64,000 nt of DNA from Candidatus Kapaibacterium sp. (lineage in GTDB: Bacteria > Bacteroidota > Ignavibacteria > Palsa-1295), in the NCBI GenBank assembly GCA_017882165.1, contig JADGPZ010000001.1, positions 43,529 to 107,528 of the forward strand, read 5' to 3'. Made by a program: the position numbers and the translations under genes. This document shows, one piece after another, positions 1 through 9,847 of this stretch. Positions within the stretch are counted from its first letter, which is position 1, and each line of letters begins with the position of its first letter. Under the pieces are notes generated by a model. That model was not told the DNA's origin and searched no databases. It was given only the letters and a program-made list of their open reading frames with translations.

Positions 1-390
1 CACAAGACCCAGCCGGGTTTTCAGCAGGGTTATCTTATCGTCGCGATTAATCATACGATCGTAACGGAGGAGTGCGTCCTGGAAGTCCAGAGACTTCCTA
101 ATTCGAGCGTGCCGAAATCTCTTTCGACTACACAGACCTTTTGGCTCTACCCCAACCCATCTCACGGTCCGATCACAATCCATTCGGATGGCGTCGTGAA
201 TCCCCATGTGAAGGTGACCGATGTCCTGGGGCGCACCGTGCGCGAGGAGAGGTTCACGCGGGATTGGACATGGGGCGGTGCGTCAGATTACGGCGAGCAG
301 AATGAGCCGGGTACATACTTCATCGAGCTTTCGGGAATCACCGAACAAGGAAGGCTAGTCCACGAAGTGCGGCGCGTGATAATAGAATAA
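1..390 (+). CDS. 3-prime end of a secreted protein carrying a T9SS C-terminal sorting domain (partial, continues upstream of window)
   Basis: Open frame from position 1; C-terminal ~80 aa has the T9SS CTD pattern (LYPNPSHGPITIH...VKVTDVLGRTV...GTYFIEL). Confidence 0.5.
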   Translation, partial: HKTQPGFQQGYLIVAINHTIVTEECVLEVQRLPNSSVPKSLSTTQTFWLYPNPSHGPITIHSDGVVNPHVKVTDVLGRTVREERFTRDWTWGGASDYGEQNEPGTYFIELSGITEQGRLVHEVRRVIIE

Positions 391-419
391 ATCCTTTGAA
401 TCGTCCGCGTAATCCCGGT

Positions 420-1748
420 TCAGGATTTGTATTTCCCCGGCCACAACGATTTCAGCCGTTCGAGGATCGTCTTCTCCCGCCCTTGCTCGGTCGGCTGGTA
501 ATAGACTTTGTCCTCGTAGCCCTCGGGCAAGTACGTCATGCCTCGCGCGAAGTGGCCTTCTTCCGAATGCGCGTAGCGGTAGCCTTGGTGGTAGCCGAGT
601 TCTTTCATCAGCTTTGTCGGGGCATTGCGAAGGTGCAGAGGCACCGGCTGATCGGGATTATTCTTCGCATCTTCCAGTGCGGCGGAAATGCCCATATATG
701 TCGCATTGGACTTAACCGCAGACGCGAGATATGCAACGACATGTCCAAAGATGATTGTCGCCTCGGGAAAGCCGACAGCACGGACGGCATCCCAGCAGGC
801 GACGGCAAGCAGCAGCGCGTTCGGATCGGCATTGCCGATGTCTTCACTGGCAAAGATGATCATGCGGCGCGCAATAAACTCCGGGTCTTCGCCGCTTTCA
901 ATCATGCGGGCAAGCCAGTAGAGTGCGGCGTTCGGGTCGCTTCCGCGCATCGACTTGATGAAGGCGCTGATGATGTTGTAGTGCTCCTCGCCAGCTTTGT
1001 CGTAGCGCGATGCCTTGCGACCGAAGGCGGCTTCGATCGTTTCAGGTGTGATAACCATCCCCCGGCCCCCTCCTTCTTTAGGAGGGGAAGTAAGCTGCAC
1101 CGCCAGCTCAAGCGCATTCAGCGTCTTCCGTGCATCGCCGCCGGAGAGCGCCATGAGCGTGCGGCGGACATCTTCTCCGAGTTCGAGATGCAAATCGCGA
1201 AGTTCTTCGTCTTCGCGCAAAGCACGGTCGAGCAGCGTTTCCAAATCTTGCCGGGAAAGACTTTCGAGTACAAACACCCGCGCCCGGCTGAGCAGAGGCG
1301 AGATCACTTCGAACGACGGATTCTCCGTCGTTGCACCGATGAGTGTGATAACGCCGTGCTCGACAGCGCCCAAAAGCGCGTCCTGCTGTGATTTCGAGAA
1401 GCGGTGGACTTCGTCGATGAAGAGCACGCTTCGTTCTTGTGCCGTTGGGTTCGCCTCGCGTGCCGATTCGATTGCTTCGCGCAAGTCTTTCACGCCAGAG
1501 CTGATTGCGGAAAGAGAAAAGAACGGTGCATTCACCGCGCGAGCAAGAATGTTGGCGATGGTCGTTTTGCCGGAGCCTGGCGGACCCCAGAGGATCATCG
1601 AGTGCAGCTTGCCCCGCTCGGCCATCGCACGCAGCGGTTTGCCGGGACCGAGTAGCGATTGCTGCCCCACCACTTCATCGAGCGTGCGGGGACGCAGCCG
1701 CTCCGCTAACGGCGCGAATCCATCGTGCACACGTGGCTTAGAAGGCAT
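420..1748 (-). CDS. rarA: replication-associated recombination protein A (AAA+ ATPase RarA/MgsA)
   Basis: Walker A GPPGSGKTT, conserved RarA C-terminal region; start chosen at internal ATG (MPSKPRVHDGF) that abuts upstream gene stop. Confidence 0.9.
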   Translation of the reverse strand: MPSKPRVHDGFAPLAERLRPRTLDEVVGQQSLLGPGKPLRAMAERGKLHSMILWGPPGSGKTTIANILARAVNAPFFSLSAISSGVKDLREAIESAREANPTAQERSVLFIDEVHRFSKSQQDALLGAVEHGVITLIGATTENPSFEVISPLLSRARVFVLESLSRQDLETLLDRALREDEELRDLHLELGEDVRRTLMALSGGDARKTLNALELAVQLTSPPKEGGGRGMVITPETIEAAFGRKASRYDKAGEEHYNIISAFIKSMRGSDPNAALYWLARMIESGEDPEFIARRMIIFASEDIGNADPNALLLAVACWDAVRAVGFPEATIIFGHVVAYLASAVKSNATYMGISAALEDAKNNPDQPVPLHLRNAPTKLMKELGYHQGYRYAHSEEGHFARGMTYLPEGYEDKVYYQPTEQGREKTILERLKSLWPGKYKS

Positions 1749-3663
1749 CGCCGCGTAATTTGCGGGCACGCTCGCGGGCGCTCGCAGTAAACGTTGAAGA
1801 CGAGTACCGTGCAAGAAAATCTTCGTAGCGCTTCTGCGCGTGCGCCTTGTCGTGCAAATCATGCTCGGTGATTTCCGCCGCGCGGAATGCTGCCACATCG
1901 AGTAACGGACTCGTCAGCATTGCCTCTTGCATCGTGTCGAGCACGCTGACGGCTTCCTGCGCCCGTCCCAACTTCACGAGCATTTCCGCCGAGCGGATCG
2001 TCGCATCATCAGCGAGCGGTGCGTGCGAGAATACGCGTGCGACTTCCGCGTAACCGGTTTGCGCTGTATCGTAATGCCGGCTGACTTCAGCAAGTGCAGC
2101 CTTCGCAAAGCGCTCGAGCGACGGCCGGTTTGCCAGCGTGAGGTTTTCCTGAATCAATCCCGAAAGCTGGATTGCATCGTTCGCGTAGTCGCTCGATGCA
2201 TCGTTCGCGACGGCTTGTAACTGGACGAGCGCAGTGTCGAAGTTACCCTGATAGTAGTCCGCAAGGGCGCGCTCGTAGAGAATGTGATTGCGTACTTCTT
2301 GCCCTGAAGGTGTTGCGCGTTGGGCAACGGCATACTCGATCGTCTCGATGCGCCGCTCGGCAAGTGGGAAATCCTGACGCGCGAAAGCCACTTCGACAAG
2401 GCCAAACGCCGCGCGTTGCATCGGTTCGCTGACACCGTGGGAGAGCTTGAGCGCCGATTCGTAGTCATTCGTCGCGCGGTCCAGCGCAAAAAGGCTATTG
2501 AATGCAAGTTGCCCCGCGTGCGTCAGTGCGTCGAGCGCCAGCTCACCCATCGGTTGCTTCGCCGCGTAGTCTTCGTACCGTTTGATGAGGGCCGCGACCG
2601 AATCCTTAGCAGCAGCAATCGTCGAGTAGTATGCTTCCGCGGTCTTCAATGCGCCAAGCTCGGCCTGCTGGATGAAATAGTTGTTGCGAGCGCTCGCGCT
2701 GGATTGCAGCCGCTTGAGTGCAGCGTCATACGCGTGAACAGCAACGTCCAACGCCCCCTCATTGCGCGCGCGGTCAGCGAACTGTAACAGTTCGAACCCC
2801 TGCATCGTGTGATCGGTCTGATCGTTCGAAGCAAGATCATCGAGTTGCACGATGGTCTGTAGCGCCCTGGCATAGTCCTTCTTTTCCTGATACAACCATG
2901 CGAGTAACCGCAAATTGGCAACCGATGGCGGCGCGGCATGGATCGCGTGCTCGAGCGATCCCAACACGGCCGAGCGTGACATCGAGTCCGTGATATACTG
3001 CGCGAGCCGTTGCTCGACCATGCCAACGTTTGCTTCGCCGGCTTTCAGAATACCGACAAATTCCGTGGCTGCGCGATCGAAATCACCCAGACGAAGATAG
3101 AGTCCCGCGATCTGGCTCGAACAGACATCGGCGTCGTTCGTCGAGAGTTTGCGCATTCGGTCGAGCACCTCCATCGCTTCCTGATTGTAGGAAACATCCA
3201 TCATCGCATAGACGATGGGAAAGAGCTGGCTGCAGTCGGTGACCTGCATGGCCTGCTCGGCCTTGTGAAATGCATCGAGCGATTCCGGCCGCTTATTCAG
3301 GCGCGCTTCCAAACGGGCCCAGAGCAGCAGCATGTCGGGCGAGTCATCCTTGGCAAGCCGGTACGACACGAGCTTCTCGGCCTCGTCATACCGCTTGAGG
3401 TAGACGAGGCAGCGCGTCAGTCCATCGAATACGATGGGATCTGATGGACTGGTGTGATAAAGCTGCTCGTAGATGCGTGCAGCATTTTGCACATCGTGTG
3501 TCTCTTCGTAGACCTCCGCCAAACGAAGCTTCTGCGAGTATTCTTGCGGACTGAGCGGCGGAGCCTGCTGATCCAAATCCACGCCCTGTGCCCGCAGCGA
3601 GGATGCCGCGAACAGCATTGCCAGGCTACAAAGACAAACGATGATCCGCGACCGAAGTGGCAT
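1738..3663 (-). CDS. TPR-repeat protein with N-terminal signal peptide
   Basis: Multiple 34-aa TPR-like A/Y/L-rich repeats; start set at MPLRSRIIVCLCSLAMLFAASSLRAQ signal peptide rather than longest ORF. Confidence 0.75.
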   Translation of the reverse strand: MPLRSRIIVCLCSLAMLFAASSLRAQGVDLDQQAPPLSPQEYSQKLRLAEVYEETHDVQNAARIYEQLYHTSPSDPIVFDGLTRCLVYLKRYDEAEKLVSYRLAKDDSPDMLLLWARLEARLNKRPESLDAFHKAEQAMQVTDCSQLFPIVYAMMDVSYNQEAMEVLDRMRKLSTNDADVCSSQIAGLYLRLGDFDRAATEFVGILKAGEANVGMVEQRLAQYITDSMSRSAVLGSLEHAIHAAPPSVANLRLLAWLYQEKKDYARALQTIVQLDDLASNDQTDHTMQGFELLQFADRARNEGALDVAVHAYDAALKRLQSSASARNNYFIQQAELGALKTAEAYYSTIAAAKDSVAALIKRYEDYAAKQPMGELALDALTHAGQLAFNSLFALDRATNDYESALKLSHGVSEPMQRAAFGLVEVAFARQDFPLAERRIETIEYAVAQRATPSGQEVRNHILYERALADYYQGNFDTALVQLQAVANDASSDYANDAIQLSGLIQENLTLANRPSLERFAKAALAEVSRHYDTAQTGYAEVARVFSHAPLADDATIRSAEMLVKLGRAQEAVSVLDTMQEAMLTSPLLDVAAFRAAEITEHDLHDKAHAQKRYEDFLARYSSSTFTASARERARKLRGDAF

Positions 3664-3763
3664 GAGTAACAGTAAATGCAAATGATCCGAACGACGAGAG
3701 AGAGTCATCACATTCACCAACTCCGCGCCGGTGTTATCGGTTTCGGATCCGGGTACGAGCCGC

Positions 3764-4882
3764 TCAAGGCAAGACGACCACTTTTCGCACCGACCGATAC
3801 GCACCTGCCTCATAGACACAGGAATAAACCCCTGCCGCAAGCCCGCCGCGTTGCATCGTAACGCTGTGTGTGCCGGCCACCGCATCCTCATCGACCAAAC
3901 GGGCTGCCCGTTGGCCACGCGCATCATAAAGCTGGAGCCGCACGTGTACGGCCTCGCCAGTTGCGCTCGGGCCAACTTGATACGTGAAGACCGTTTCCGA
4001 CTGGAAAGGGTTGGGCATGTTCGGCTCGATCATTGTGCCGAGGGTAACAAGAGTCGTCGCCACCGGCGTGCAGGAGTCAATCACCGTTACCTTTCCGGGA
4101 AGGCTCGACATCAATGGCTCGAAGCCTGTGCCGAAGAGGAAGTTGTCCTGCACGATCGAACTCGATTGAAATACTTGAGCGTAAGGTACAAGCCTGAATA
4201 CGAGAAAGAGGAACGGCCCGGGGCCGGTCATTGCACGGTACGTCGCGGTGCCAAAGATCTGGGGATGACCGAGGACAAGCTCCAATGGTGGCGACGGAAC
4301 ATTCCAACCCTGGAGGCATGGCCCAGGTAAGATGCTCTGCAGCGTCATGATTTGCGGATCATATGTTAGGAACTCGGAAAAGCGTCTGATCGAGTCCAGC
4401 GCCCCGGTGAGAGGGCCATTGAGCCGCTGGGCAATCGTGATGAGCTGCCCGGCATATCCCAGGAATGTGTCGTCGATAGAAACAGAGTCAAGAACTGGGA
4501 CATGATCGAGGCCGATCAATTGCACAACGACGTCCGGGATGCCAGTGAATTTGAAATGAATTGAATCGAGGTGGATGTGCGTGGCCGTGATGCTCTGTGG
4601 CGAGAACGTCACGGTGAACCCGAGCGAACTATCTGGATCCAGCACCGAATTCCCACCCGCGTTCGCGAGTTTATAGTCCGCACTGAACGGTCCTGTCTTT
4701 CCGGTGTAAGTGATCGGAGCATTCCCCGTGTTTGTGATCGAAAGAAAAAGCGACTTCGAATCGCGAAGTACGGCCGTGCCGAAGGAGAGAGGGCTCGGGC
4801 TTGCAACCGGATTCGCTTGCGCGTAGACCTGGCCGATTCCGGCGATGGACAATACGATCAGGAAGACGGAAGTTCGACGCAT
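3764..4882 (-). CDS. secreted hypothetical protein with T9SS C-terminal sorting domain
   Basis: Signal peptide MRRTSVFLIVLSIAGIGQVYAQ; C-terminal NPF...VRLQLYDARGQ...GVYSCVYEAG CTD-like tail. Confidence 0.7.
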   Translation of the reverse strand: MRRTSVFLIVLSIAGIGQVYAQANPVASPSPLSFGTAVLRDSKSLFLSITNTGNAPITYTGKTGPFSADYKLANAGGNSVLDPDSSLGFTVTFSPQSITATHIHLDSIHFKFTGIPDVVVQLIGLDHVPVLDSVSIDDTFLGYAGQLITIAQRLNGPLTGALDSIRRFSEFLTYDPQIMTLQSILPGPCLQGWNVPSPPLELVLGHPQIFGTATYRAMTGPGPFLFLVFRLVPYAQVFQSSSIVQDNFLFGTGFEPLMSSLPGKVTVIDSCTPVATTLVTLGTMIEPNMPNPFQSETVFTYQVGPSATGEAVHVRLQLYDARGQRAARLVDEDAVAGTHSVTMQRGGLAAGVYSCVYEAGAYRSVRKVVVLP

Positions 4883-4984
4883 CGGACCCCTAACAGCGCC
4901 GGAGGGCCTTAGGGTTTAAGGTTCTAACAGTAATCCTGGCCCATACCCTAAACCCTATACCCTATACCCTCTGTTACTACGAGC

Positions 4985-5560
4985 ATGAATATCATTCTCT
5001 TCGGTCCACCCGGCGCCGGCAAAGGCACCCAGGCATCGCGTCTTGCAGCCAGCCACAATCTTGTACACATTTCCACCGGCGATATTCTCCGCAGCGCCAT
5101 CGCCGAAGGCACGCCCCTCGGGCGAACGGCCAAAAGCTACGTCGAGCAAGGCGCCCTTGTGCCGGATGACATCATTATCGGCCTCGTCCGCGAAGTGCTG
5201 GAAGCCACAGGCGACGCCAAAGGCTTTCTGCTCGATGGATTCCCGCGCACAGTCGAGCAGGCCCGCGCGCTCGATGCGCTCTTCACCGAGCTTGGAATTG
5301 CCGATGTCCGCATCGTCATTCTCACCGCGCCGGATCAAGAACTCATCAACCGTATGGTCAACCGCGGACTCGAACAAGGCCGCAAGGACGATGCCCCCCA
5401 GACCATCCGTCACCGCCTCGAAGTCTACAACACCCAGACCGAGCCGGTCAAGGCCTACTATCACGGCAAATCGGGCGCCCACGCTCGCCGCGTCCTTCCG
5501 GTCGATGGTTTGGGATCGGTCGAGGATGTGACGGCGAGAATCGAGAAGGCACTCGGGTAA
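4985..5560 (+). CDS. adk: adenylate kinase (short form, no zinc LID)
   Basis: MNIILFGPPGAGKGTQA P-loop and AK family conservation throughout. Confidence 0.93.
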   Translation: MNIILFGPPGAGKGTQASRLAASHNLVHISTGDILRSAIAEGTPLGRTAKSYVEQGALVPDDIIIGLVREVLEATGDAKGFLLDGFPRTVEQARALDALFTELGIADVRIVILTAPDQELINRMVNRGLEQGRKDDAPQTIRHRLEVYNTQTEPVKAYYHGKSGAHARRVLPVDGLGSVEDVTARIEKALG

Positions 5561-5668
5561 CGTGAGCTTCCCACGAATTGTCGGACGGCAATACGAAATA
5601 GGGTTATCGCAGTCTGCTAAATCGGGGGAAGCTCAGAACTCTCTTCGCTCAGGGCGGCGTTAGTCAGT

Positions 5669-5755
5669 GCCCCTGTTTCGGGGCGGACCCTACGGGTCAA
5701 CCACCCCCGTGGATGATCGGTCATCCACTTAACCCCCTCCTCCTTTAGGAGGGGG
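5669..5755. repeat. cluster of four tandem GC-rich stem-loops in adk-ABC intergenic (includes palindrome GTGGATGATCGGTCATCCAC at 5709..5728 and hairpin CCCCCTCCTCC-TTT-AGGAGGGGG at 5733..5755 overlapping the RBS-like AGGAGG)
   Basis: Inverted repeats read directly: GCCCCtgtttcGGGGC, GACCCtaCGGGTC, GTGGATGAtcggTCATCCAC, CCCCCTCCtcctttaGGAGGGGG. Confidence 0.7.
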
Positions 5756-5768
5756 AATCATCGAAAGC

Positions 5769-6815
5769 ATGAGCGAATATCTATTAGAGGTTAAAGGCTT
5801 ACGGAAGTACTTCCCGATCAAGCGGGGTATTTTTTCGAAGACGGTCGGCCACGTGAAGGCCGTCGATGACGTGTCGTTCTCGATCAAGCCCGGCGAGACG
5901 CTGGGGTTGGTCGGCGAGTCGGGCTGCGGCAAAACGACGACGGGCCGCGCGATCCTGCGGCTCATCGAACCGACGGCCGGCTCGGTCAAGTTCGAAGGCG
6001 AGGAAGTGACGACGATGTCCACTCACCGGCTGCGCGAGATGCGCCGCCAGATGCAGATCATTTTCCAGGACCCGTACAGCTCGCTCAATCCGCGCATCAC
6101 GGTCGGCGGAATGCTCACCGAAATTCTGAAGGTTCACAAGCTGCGCAAGACGGAAGCGGAAATGAAGGACCGCGTCAACGAGTTGCTCGAAACCGTTGGA
6201 CTGAGTCCGCTCCATGCCAGACGATATCCGCACGAGTTTTCGGGCGGTCAGCGGCAGCGCATCGGTATCGCCCGCGCGCTATCGGTCGAGCCGAAGTTTA
6301 TCGTTTGCGACGAGCCCGTCTCGGCGCTCGATGTTTCGATTCAGTCGCAGGTGTTGAATCTTCTCGGTGATCTTCAGCAAAAGCTTGGGCTGACCTATCT
6401 CTTCATCGCGCACGATCTTTCGGTTGTCAAACATATTTCCGATCGCGTCGCGGTGATGTACTTAGGTGAGATCGTTGAGACTGCGCCCTACCGAGAGTTG
6501 TATGTTAGTCCGCGTGCGCCGTACACACAAGCCTTGCTATCGGCGGTGCCGATTGCAAACCCACGGGCCAAGAAAGGCCGCATCGTGCTGACGGGCGATG
6601 TGCCATCACCGGCAAACGTACCGAGTGGCTGCTACTTCCATCCGCGCTGCCCGAAGGTGATGCCGGAGTGCTCAGCGACCCATCCGGAGCTTGCCGAGGA
6701 CTCGGCGGAGCATGCGGTGCGCTGCCTGATCTATCCAGTCTCCTGGCCAGACAAGTCGGAGATTCCGGCCCGTATCGCCAGCGGCAAGCAACGCGAAGTG
6801 ATGGCGGTGGCGTAA
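5769..6815 (+). CDS. ABC transporter ATP-binding protein, oligopeptide/dipeptide (OppF/DppF) type with C-terminal extension
   Basis: Walker [10 protein letters not shown], signature LSGGQRQR, Walker B IVCDEP, C-terminal oligopeptide-transporter-type tail. Confidence 0.85.
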   Translation: MSEYLLEVKGLRKYFPIKRGIFSKTVGHVKAVDDVSFSIKPGETLGLVGESGCGKTTTGRAILRLIEPTAGSVKFEGEEVTTMSTHRLREMRRQMQIIFQDPYSSLNPRITVGGMLTEILKVHKLRKTEAEMKDRVNELLETVGLSPLHARRYPHEFSGGQRQRIGIARALSVEPKFIVCDEPVSALDVSIQSQVLNLLGDLQQKLGLTYLFIAHDLSVVKHISDRVAVMYLGEIVETAPYRELYVSPRAPYTQALLSAVPIANPRAKKGRIVLTGDVPSPANVPSGCYFHPRCPKVMPECSATHPELAEDSAEHAVRCLIYPVSWPDKSEIPARIASGKQREVMAVA

Positions 6816-6823
6816 ACGAATTT

Positions 6824-7438
6824 ATGACGCGCGATCTAAATCGAACGATGTCCCCCATTGTCCCGGCTGCCGGACCAGTATCGGAGCCGGATCCGATTAA
6901 GAAGTTTCGCGCCAAGGATCTGGTGTTCACGCCATCGAACATCATCAGCGCGATGCGGGCGTTCATGGCGTTTCCGGCCATCTTCGCAATAATGGCGGAG
7001 CTGAATATACTCGCCGCTGCGATCTGTTTCGTCGCCTTCCTTTCGGATATCCTCGATGGCTGGCTCGCGCGGAAGTACGACACGGTCAGCGAGCTTGGCA
7101 AGGTGATCGACCCATTGGCGGACAAGATTTATATTGGCATCGTCGTGATCGCGATGGCGTTCTATGGACTGATCCCCATCTGGTTTCTCTCGGTTATTAT
7201 TGGACGCGATCTCGTCATCTTAGCTGGAGGCATCTGGGCGAAAGGGAAGCTCGGGGTTGTTCTGCCCTCGAATTATCCAGGCAAGGCCGCCGCGCTGACG
7301 ACGGCGATCACAATTTTTCTGATTCTTGGCGGAGTGACTGGGATGGTTATCGTCGGCTTCGTCTATCTGAGCGTCGGGCTGATGGCAGTGTCGGTGTGGG
7401 TTTATGGGAGCAGACTCTGGAGTTTGATCCGCGTATAA
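6824..7438 (+). CDS. CDP-alcohol phosphatidyltransferase family protein
   Basis: DILDGWLAR...G...D...AD motif (D-x2-DG-x2-AR...G-x3-D-x3-D), multi-TM; start moved to ATG after ABC stop. Confidence 0.8.
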   Translation: MTRDLNRTMSPIVPAAGPVSEPDPIKKFRAKDLVFTPSNIISAMRAFMAFPAIFAIMAELNILAAAICFVAFLSDILDGWLARKYDTVSELGKVIDPLADKIYIGIVVIAMAFYGLIPIWFLSVIIGRDLVILAGGIWAKGKLGVVLPSNYPGKAAALTTAITIFLILGGVTGMVIVGFVYLSVGLMAVSVWVYGSRLWSLIRV

Positions 7439-7443
7439 CAGCG

Positions 7444-8244
7444 TTAGTTCACTCCGCTCCGCCGTGGTTTCGAAAGGAGAAAGACAGTCATCCATGCATG
7501 ACGTCGTAGATATGGAACTGTGCGAAAGATGAAGTCATCGACCCGTTCGAGTCCTCTGAGGATTTTCTCAAAGTTCGAAAACGATCGAAACGGGACTGCG
7601 GCGATCGAAATCAAGTTGTGGTAGGTAATATCGTTTGTTTCGAAGTAGCGTTCAACGGCGCGCAACTGATGCAGACGCAATGGGTGGCAGTTCGCAGATC
7701 GCATGTTCGGTGTCATTCGACGGTAAAGATTGATCAACGGATTGTGTGCCAATGGCTCGGTGAAGATAGCAACGCCGGTAGGTTTGAGTACGCGAACAAT
7801 CTCACGACATGAGCGATCGATATTGAGATGATGTAAGACTCCTGCGCCATAGACAACATCGAATGTAGCATCAGGATATGCCAGCGCCTCGGCATCCATG
7901 ACCTGGAACTCCATGTTGTGCATGCCCAGCTCTTCCGCTTTACGCCGCGCCGATTCCACGCCGACATCGGAAACGTCGATGCCGCAAACCCGAGCCGAGG
8001 TCCTTGCAAAGTCAAACATATAGCCGCCATCGCCGCATCCGATCTCAAGAATGCTCTTTCCTGCGCCATGCGCTGCAATCAGATCTCGAAAATACTCCCG
8101 GTTGTGCTTGACGGCCGAATAATACTTGAGTGTCGCACTCCTCGGGCCTTCTTCCCAACTCGCCTGGGAATACAATTCATTGTGAAAGGCGCGCTCTCGC
8201 TCGCCCAGGGCGTCGGTGGTTTGCGGTATTGGATCGTGAGACAT
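7444..8244 (-). CDS. class I SAM-dependent methyltransferase
   Basis: Motif I ILEIGCGDGG, motif post-I VCGIDVS, LKPTGVAIF. Confidence 0.85.
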   Translation of the reverse strand: MSHDPIPQTTDALGERERAFHNELYSQASWEEGPRSATLKYYSAVKHNREYFRDLIAAHGAGKSILEIGCGDGGYMFDFARTSARVCGIDVSDVGVESARRKAEELGMHNMEFQVMDAEALAYPDATFDVVYGAGVLHHLNIDRSCREIVRVLKPTGVAIFTEPLAHNPLINLYRRMTPNMRSANCHPLRLHQLRAVERYFETNDITYHNLISIAAVPFRSFSNFEKILRGLERVDDFIFRTVPYLRRHAWMTVFLLSKPRRSGVN

Positions 8245-8431
8245 TCTTCAAAAGTGTTATTCCATGTTGACACCGGAGCGGGTAAAAGAGTGCCTGTTTG
8301 GATGGATTGGTACTGTGATGACGAGGCACGCTACTTACAGTAAGGCATGGATTCTTGGCAATGTCCGCTCCCGCACTTGCGCGCTTCCTCAACCGGGTGG
8401 GTGTATGGAAATCGGCTAAGCAAACTATCGG

Positions 8432-8740
8432 CTACGGAGTCGGAAAGCCAATGGCAATAATGAGCGAGCCCGCAAGGGATGCCAGTAGGCTTCGAAGAAA
8501 TACCTGTTTCAAAGAGAGTTTGTCGACGTTCAGTGCCATAAACCCAATGCCTATCATCATCGGAGGCATCAGCACCATTGCCTGGATTCTAAAGACTTCG
8601 GCATGGTTCGCAATCTCGGGGTGAATGTAGGGCGCGAGCGACTTGAGGACCACAACCATCGTCAGATAGAACGTGAAGACGCTTGTAAGAACTTTGATTT
8701 GGGGCGGAGGAGGAAGCCAGCGCTCTTTTCGGATAGTCAT
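8432..8740 (-). CDS. hypothetical small membrane protein (possibly a remnant of a permease C-terminus)
   Basis: Only ORF of length in 8245..8834 gap; hydrophobic segments; weak. Confidence 0.25.
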   Translation of the reverse strand: MTIRKERWLPPPPQIKVLTSVFTFYLTMVVVLKSLAPYIHPEIANHAEVFRIQAMVLMPPMMIGIGFMALNVDKLSLKQVFLRSLLASLAGSLIIAIGFPTP

Positions 8741-8834
8741 TCAAGCTCAACCTACGATTCGCGGTATTAAGTCCATCCGTATTCGGCCGATTCTGTCGAA
8801 GCTTTCCCTCGTCTTCTGGTGTTGACCCGATCCC

Positions 8835-9818
8835 ATGGGATTCTTCGATAAATTCAAGCTTACCAAGCTCCGCGAAGGGCTGCAAAAGACGCACGATGAG
8901 TTCGTGCGGAAGATCAACCGCGTCTTTTATCAATCGCGGAAGATCGATGACGAATTGATGCAGCAGATCGAGGAGGCGCTGCTCGCTTCCGATGCCGGCG
9001 TGGCGACGACCGATCGCATCATCGCGCACTTAGTCCACGAGATCCAGTTCAAGAAGTGGTCGGAAGCCTCACAACTTCGGGATGAGCTTCGCGCACAGAT
9101 TTCGAACGCGCTGACGCGCAACGGCGAGCTTCGTCTCGCGGAAGATCCCTTTGCGATCCCATCTGACAAGCGACCCTACGTGCAGCTTATCGTTGGCGTC
9201 AACGGCGTCGGCAAAACGACCACCATTGGGAAGCTCGCCTACAACTATCGCAATGCTGGCAAGCATGTCATCATCGGAGCGGCCGATACATTCCGCGCGG
9301 CGGCCAACCAGCAGCTTGAAATATGGGCGCAGCGCGCCGGTGTTGACATTATTCAGCAGCATGCCGGAGCCGATCCATCGGCGGTGGCATTCGATACGAT
9401 CCAATCCGCGATCAGCAAGGACGCCGATGTCGTGCTGATCGACACCGCCGGACGCCTGCACAACAAGCAACACCTGATGAAGGAGTTGGAGAAAATGACG
9501 CGCGTCATGCGAAAACTCTTGCCGGAGGCGCCGCACGAAGTGTTGCTCGTGCTCGATGCGACGACCGGACAGAACGCCTTGCAGCAAGCGCGCGAGTTCA
9601 CGAAAGTTGCGCCGATCACGGGACTCGTGCTCACAAAACTCGATGGCACCGCAAAAGGCGGAATTGTTATCGCACTCACGAACGAGCTTCGGGTGCCCGT
9701 GCGTTACATCGGAGTCGGCGAGACAATCGAAGATCTTCAGCCATTCGATCCCGCAGAATTTGCGAAAGCGATGTTTGGAGACAGCGCATTCCAGACCGAG
9801 ACCGTCGTCAATGGGTAA
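8835..9818 (+). CDS. ftsY: signal recognition particle receptor FtsY
   Basis: GVNGVGKTTTIGKLA, DTAGRLH, TKLDGTAKGG SRP-GTPase motifs. Confidence 0.92.
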   Translation: MGFFDKFKLTKLREGLQKTHDEFVRKINRVFYQSRKIDDELMQQIEEALLASDAGVATTDRIIAHLVHEIQFKKWSEASQLRDELRAQISNALTRNGELRLAEDPFAIPSDKRPYVQLIVGVNGVGKTTTIGKLAYNYRNAGKHVIIGAADTFRAAANQQLEIWAQRAGVDIIQQHAGADPSAVAFDTIQSAISKDADVVLIDTAGRLHNKQHLMKELEKMTRVMRKLLPEAPHEVLLVLDATTGQNALQQAREFTKVAPITGLVLTKLDGTAKGGIVIALTNELRVPVRYIGVGETIEDLQPFDPAEFAKAMFGDSAFQTETVVNG

Positions 9819-9847
9819 CCCAGCGTTACTCGTTACTGCTTAGCCCC

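Noticed and set aside
1066-1087. Hairpin CCCCCTCCTTCTTTAGGAGGGG similar to the intergenic hairpin at 5733..5755
   Set aside because: Lies inside rarA coding sequence where it encodes the Gly-rich linker PPKEGGGRG; likely coincidental rather than a member of a repeat family.
396-1391. 331-aa ORF on the plus strand
   Set aside because: Entirely antisense to the well-supported rarA gene; Arg/Pro-rich composition typical of high-GC antisense frames.
8589-9029. 146-aa minus-strand ORF overlapping the ftsY start
   Set aside because: Overlaps the confidently called ftsY gene on the opposite strand; no domain signal.
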